From a virus (Duplodnaviria; Caudoviricetes): a DNA stretch of 36,595 nucleotides. Numbering within the stretch: the first letter of the stretch is position 1; each line of letters opens with the position of its first letter. Below the pieces are notes generated by a model, which did no database searches, had not been told where the DNA came from, and worked only from the letters and a program-made list of their open reading frames with translations. The stretch lies in IMG/VR virus record IMGVR_UViG_3300043908_000639, positions 1-36,595 of that record; one strand, 5' to 3'. The position numbers and the translations under genes are program-made. Below are positions 35,201-36,595 of this stretch, piece after piece.

Positions 35201-36595
35201 TTTAAAGAATTAATATCAGTCTCTGTAACTTTCTTACTAGGCTTGCTATCTGTTATTTTATAATCGCCTAATGCCATTAGTATTCCATGTAATCTACCTA
35301 AATCTTTTGCTTTGTCTTTATAATCTGTATCTATATTAGATATGTCGTCTATGAGTTTTAAACCATCATCTGTGTCTACTAGTAATCCAGCATTCTTTAA
35401 ATAAGATTGCAAATTCTCTGGCATTGTATCTCTAGATAATGTGTTTGATAACTCTTGAGTAAATATCTTAGCATCATTTTGTATCAATGGAATTAAGTAA
35501 GAATCGGTATCTCTAAAACTAAATTTTTTCCTACCATCTTTAACATTAGCAGCTTGGTTAATAGAAGTCTCAGCGTCATTTATTATATTGTAAAAATCTT
35601 TTAATGAATCTTCTGTTTTTATTCTACTTTCTAAACTTCTATCTAATTCAACTTTTTCTAAACCCATTAAAACATCTCGTATAACATGATAACTTCTATT
35701 TACATCGGATATTGCTTCTTCTGCCTCAACTCCAGTTTTACCTAACCAAGATTCAAAATCTCCATCTCTTGCCTTTTTTCTCAAATCAGAAGATATATCT
35801 AATACATTTGGAACAACAATCTTATCACCATTTGTGGTCATTGTTACTCCTTCTAACTGTGCATTTTTTATACTATTCATAACATTAACAATGCTATTTT
35901 TCATACCAGCAGTTGCTTGTTCTACTCTTTGTGTAAATGCTTTATCTATATCTTCCGATGTTTTAAATCCTTGTTGAGATAATATTTCATTTATTCTATT
36001 TGATTGAGTTTCTGTTATTCTTGTAATAGGTCTAACATGCTCAAAATCTTCTTCCATTATCTGATAAATTTTATTTATCTTACCATCATGCGGGTCAAAA
36101 GGAGTTCCAGATTCTAAATCAAGAAATGTTTTTTCACCATCTGGAATAGTTTCTTTTGTAACAGTTGGGTCATCATCGCTAACTATTCTTTGCTCTATCA
36201 AATAATTTTTAAGTTGTTCATTTTCTCTAGATAATCCCACACCATGAATATTGTTTGGTTTAGAAAATGTAGATGCAAAGAATGTTTGAGAATTGTCAAT
36301 CCCTAAATGTTCTAGTGTTAATCTTAGTTTGTTTATATTCTCACCTAAATCTGCGCTTTTTGCAAAGTTACCCCTACGTTGAGTCCATGCACCAATCAAC
36401 ATAGTAGAAATAAAATCTTCACCTCTTAATTCTTGTCCAGATATATGGGTTTGTATTCCTTGCACTCCAGACATAGCTAATCCAGCAACTGCCATTCTTG
36501 GAAATAACAATCTATAGTTTTGCAATCCTTCTCTTGTTGCTTCTGCTATTATCTGTTTACCATAGTATCTTTTTTGGGACATCAACCATTGTTGT
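29233..36595 (-). CDS. Giant protein with a two-barrel (DPBB) DNA-dependent RNA polymerase; probable virion RNAP (5' partial)
   Basis: More than 2450 aa; frame open to the window edge. FDSIGFLS (DSIGFLS at 33160-33180), YGKTLF...SDSGAK, SRRNPRT (~31975-31992) and catalytic GDYDAD (31855-31872), in canonical order. Confidence 0.82.
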   Translation of the reverse strand, partial: QQWLMSQKRYYGKQIIAEATREGLQNYRLLFPRMAVAGLAMSGVQGIQTHISGQELRGEDFISTMLIGAWTQRRGNFAKSADLGENINKLRLTLEHLGIDNSQTFFASTFSKPNNIHGVGLSRENEQLKNYLIEQRIVSDDDPTVTKETIPDGEKTFLDLESGTPFDPHDGKINKIYQIMEEDFEHVRPITRITETQSNRINEILSQQGFKTSEDIDKAFTQRVEQATAGMKNSIVNVMNSIKNAQLEGVTMTTNGDKIVVPNVLDISSDLRKKARDGDFESWLGKTGVEAEEAISDVNRSYHVIRDVLMGLEKVELDRSLESRIKTEDSLKDFYNIINDAETSINQAANVKDGRKKFSFRDTDSYLIPLIQNDAKIFTQELSNTLSRDTMPENLQSYLKNAGLLVDTDDGLKLIDDISNIDTDYKDKAKDLGRLHGILMALGDYKITDSKPSKKVTETDINSLKFILNDNNVNIDKFNSSSQKFLYQMTLSDINRRRMENKVTNVEDIQFLISQSRSAMFSDNKLLSDEGVSGFRLYELNIPSDPDLEIQYNKDILVRLNEETEGFVKIVEAKRRTLNRNQAEQLKMRMIDIYTADSKDKNVVLSELFEVMSNTPLESVKTRMLEYMQTLGDRARNDLMAMLRTQGIVKRNVENNLEIDKRFTIEKILDETEGREAITTLTEALEPINNKLIQTGYTDEFLQREIESRQRIDRRYVKEAFDENKNPSISIDEFYRKYNFKIEETDGTIIYEDYSGQTASEKIDRFKSEEYMLDKFGNLNQQSINNLQRDIVLDGVEFKDLGEKKKSGVVEDITQIVFSLKDRIDIPTMSIRNLTIKYDPTEEREFFQKNPVFDKLDKLKINYAIFDNNVVYTDFKDYIQERTYNILSTEELSPLEIKNIKKIRSRISNQLQKVNIEVSNVDTKLNDKGLSGSETGIIKLDIYDGMDSIVINRSDMQNIVNDFTRFYDEYKDRITDKGAIQLLKDTFDNTKNEHSYDEESVETATKYLILETALKSESDVELLKVLNSKDPVQVDNYIKRIKLVTTKNFIRPNENYIQSIIESRKVFRGDPVSKLLKDRLNEKGKNGKHRVVIWDDSTENMAKIVDDVVNEFKDEIPELEGYDRKNIVGNAHEKVSAFDSIGFLSKEAMSEYHTMMGHSPDSKNPIKPIISSQGEGKTLLYGKTLFVYSPALDGFFDKNPVDILLSDSGAKIYDPKIVNGQEQDSILKGLEWNDLKDYRITDRNTFIREIDLDGIGFRPEKDADLLSASESDADYNYMNRKEHADAFKGLIKELTDNLNEMESIMADPYKMNYFMREQLELNNIPDSPEQGALSNLSNMMYYLQLSDAANPYDYSSSQVQKYLAQQYIDTLFSTRRSITNRVYSEKDKSQALPSNRYGGQAFLVQSAKSFLGKGLKTRLFPTLFDSNNKMILRGQIALPFEERNTSISELPSDKNIRIVQNERVLSLEDFKSEIKNTVEDIQEIANLTTLRDADNNTIESIDDILNNATIGSVHDFLESYSKLVNIRYELGIVSRRNPRTRPNDITLLGLKGFLDKEQGLGVEINSYDIANVYEGDYDADKVDYFFAHSDYMFDYIKRNQVFYVQGVDPSELQQNPSFTFQMNAKDSRKATLAKMGQSIAFKKAIGLAQKTPRKLNYLQNLANKNHLTRKIKAWEDIVTEDDEGNLIGPSILYNSDVDANGKTTEVVTIDTESLAYYQRAALEVQYIIDGSNALNKNIAGNIYEWADNFLFPKQEDSISPKDASSQDLKDILKNGRTANGQRVRIFSKYELVDGKYEESTKDLNDADKLIIKEFLNQQNKLLNAFGDYKYVGGEKRRTSFYDMNMASKVFKSFHEDVYDGLNRFLAYKKADIKNKEYLETLIKKENNRFQPIADAVSNVAKGDGGNYLDRIAVQIATRDLLENKKQYNLDIETFQEIDNWYNRLVSSPSVFKDYKRLQDPFDQEEPTGNTPQEQDAFVERSDEIAKGIKNDTQRFNRQVAIIKNLDKKKKQIENTNYSWKWKKKKISNIDWVINKLTNELRDKHPESVKRKIHPRDLKYKNYVAIEDSDLKTSIIHANTMNSMLRNYYGTRYDSWTETLDDNAMTDLKAIKEFNKQTYGSNTLLDEIFPYGKTSLITNNEIFKFVEEHKGDMGSVYELRQNYLIRMVEKHKVNFLYAYMEPIRNRDDIGIFNNRPIAMPYKESARYRHGLQTLVGLANGKLTLGDDTFKQEKSKNWGEWLLKGMIESNEHYRRFFDKDISMMNLTDSNMERFGLMPFSRNVENRMRQDNSDFDWLSQMLPSNPLSTMNKSVTQFYMSYVNSMPDKSKEEYKEFLNSINDLEEFSSRKDYLNPMKYLKLRLDNDETFLEMIKKDVFTMADENGLPRHVKDNPMYTHLKYLKFKPKQVKSSKTLIRMLKTVNQVNENLMTGARQNPMRDSGYEAFRMMEEYAKCK

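Larger units (their letters stand above)
1..36595. mobile_element. Tailed dsDNA bacteriophage genome fragment (podovirus-like, encodes a probable virion RNA polymerase)
   Basis: Terminase, portal, scaffold, capsid, tail fibre, lysin and phage recombination/replication genes in dense operons. No host housekeeping genes and no integrase seen. Confidence 0.97.

Noticed and set aside
1-36595. Stop-codon reassignment as in some crAss-like phages
   Set aside because: Long genes are intact in the standard code, coding density is high, and no suppressor tRNA was seen.

Overview
The whole window is part of an AT-rich (~30% GC by eye) tailed dsDNA phage genome, probably with a short tail. The left arm (1-15282, minus strand) is the packaging and virion operon: TerS, Zn-ribbon metallophosphoesterase, TerL, GH108 lysin, P22-type portal, scaffold, SU10-type major capsid, a decoration protein, neck/ring proteins, tail fibre and fibre partner. 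The middle arm (15519-26336, plus strand) is complete within the window. It starts with small membrane peptides and a dense tandem array of at least 6 structured RNA-like modules (16082-16698). These are followed by a wHTH protein, Cas4-like nuclease, Rad52-like annealase, SSB-like protein, DUF932, an N6-adenine methyltransferase, DnaB and a RuvC-like resolvase, with no recognisable DNA polymerase or primase. The right arm (26369-36595, minus strand) holds a 957-aa probable ejection protein and a protein of more than 2450 aa that is open at the window edge. That giant protein carries two-barrel RNA polymerase motifs (DSIGFLS, GKT...SGAK, RNP, GDYDAD), so it is a likely virion-packaged RNAP of the phi14:2 gp66/YonO/QDE-1 class. 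It sits in a phage with Shine-Dalgarno-led genes and sigma70-type promoters, unlike classical crAss phages. Other standouts are near-total GATC avoidance (one site found by eye) and a cluster of DnaA-box-like 9-mers overlapping the RNA array. All family calls come from motif recognition only; no searches were run.
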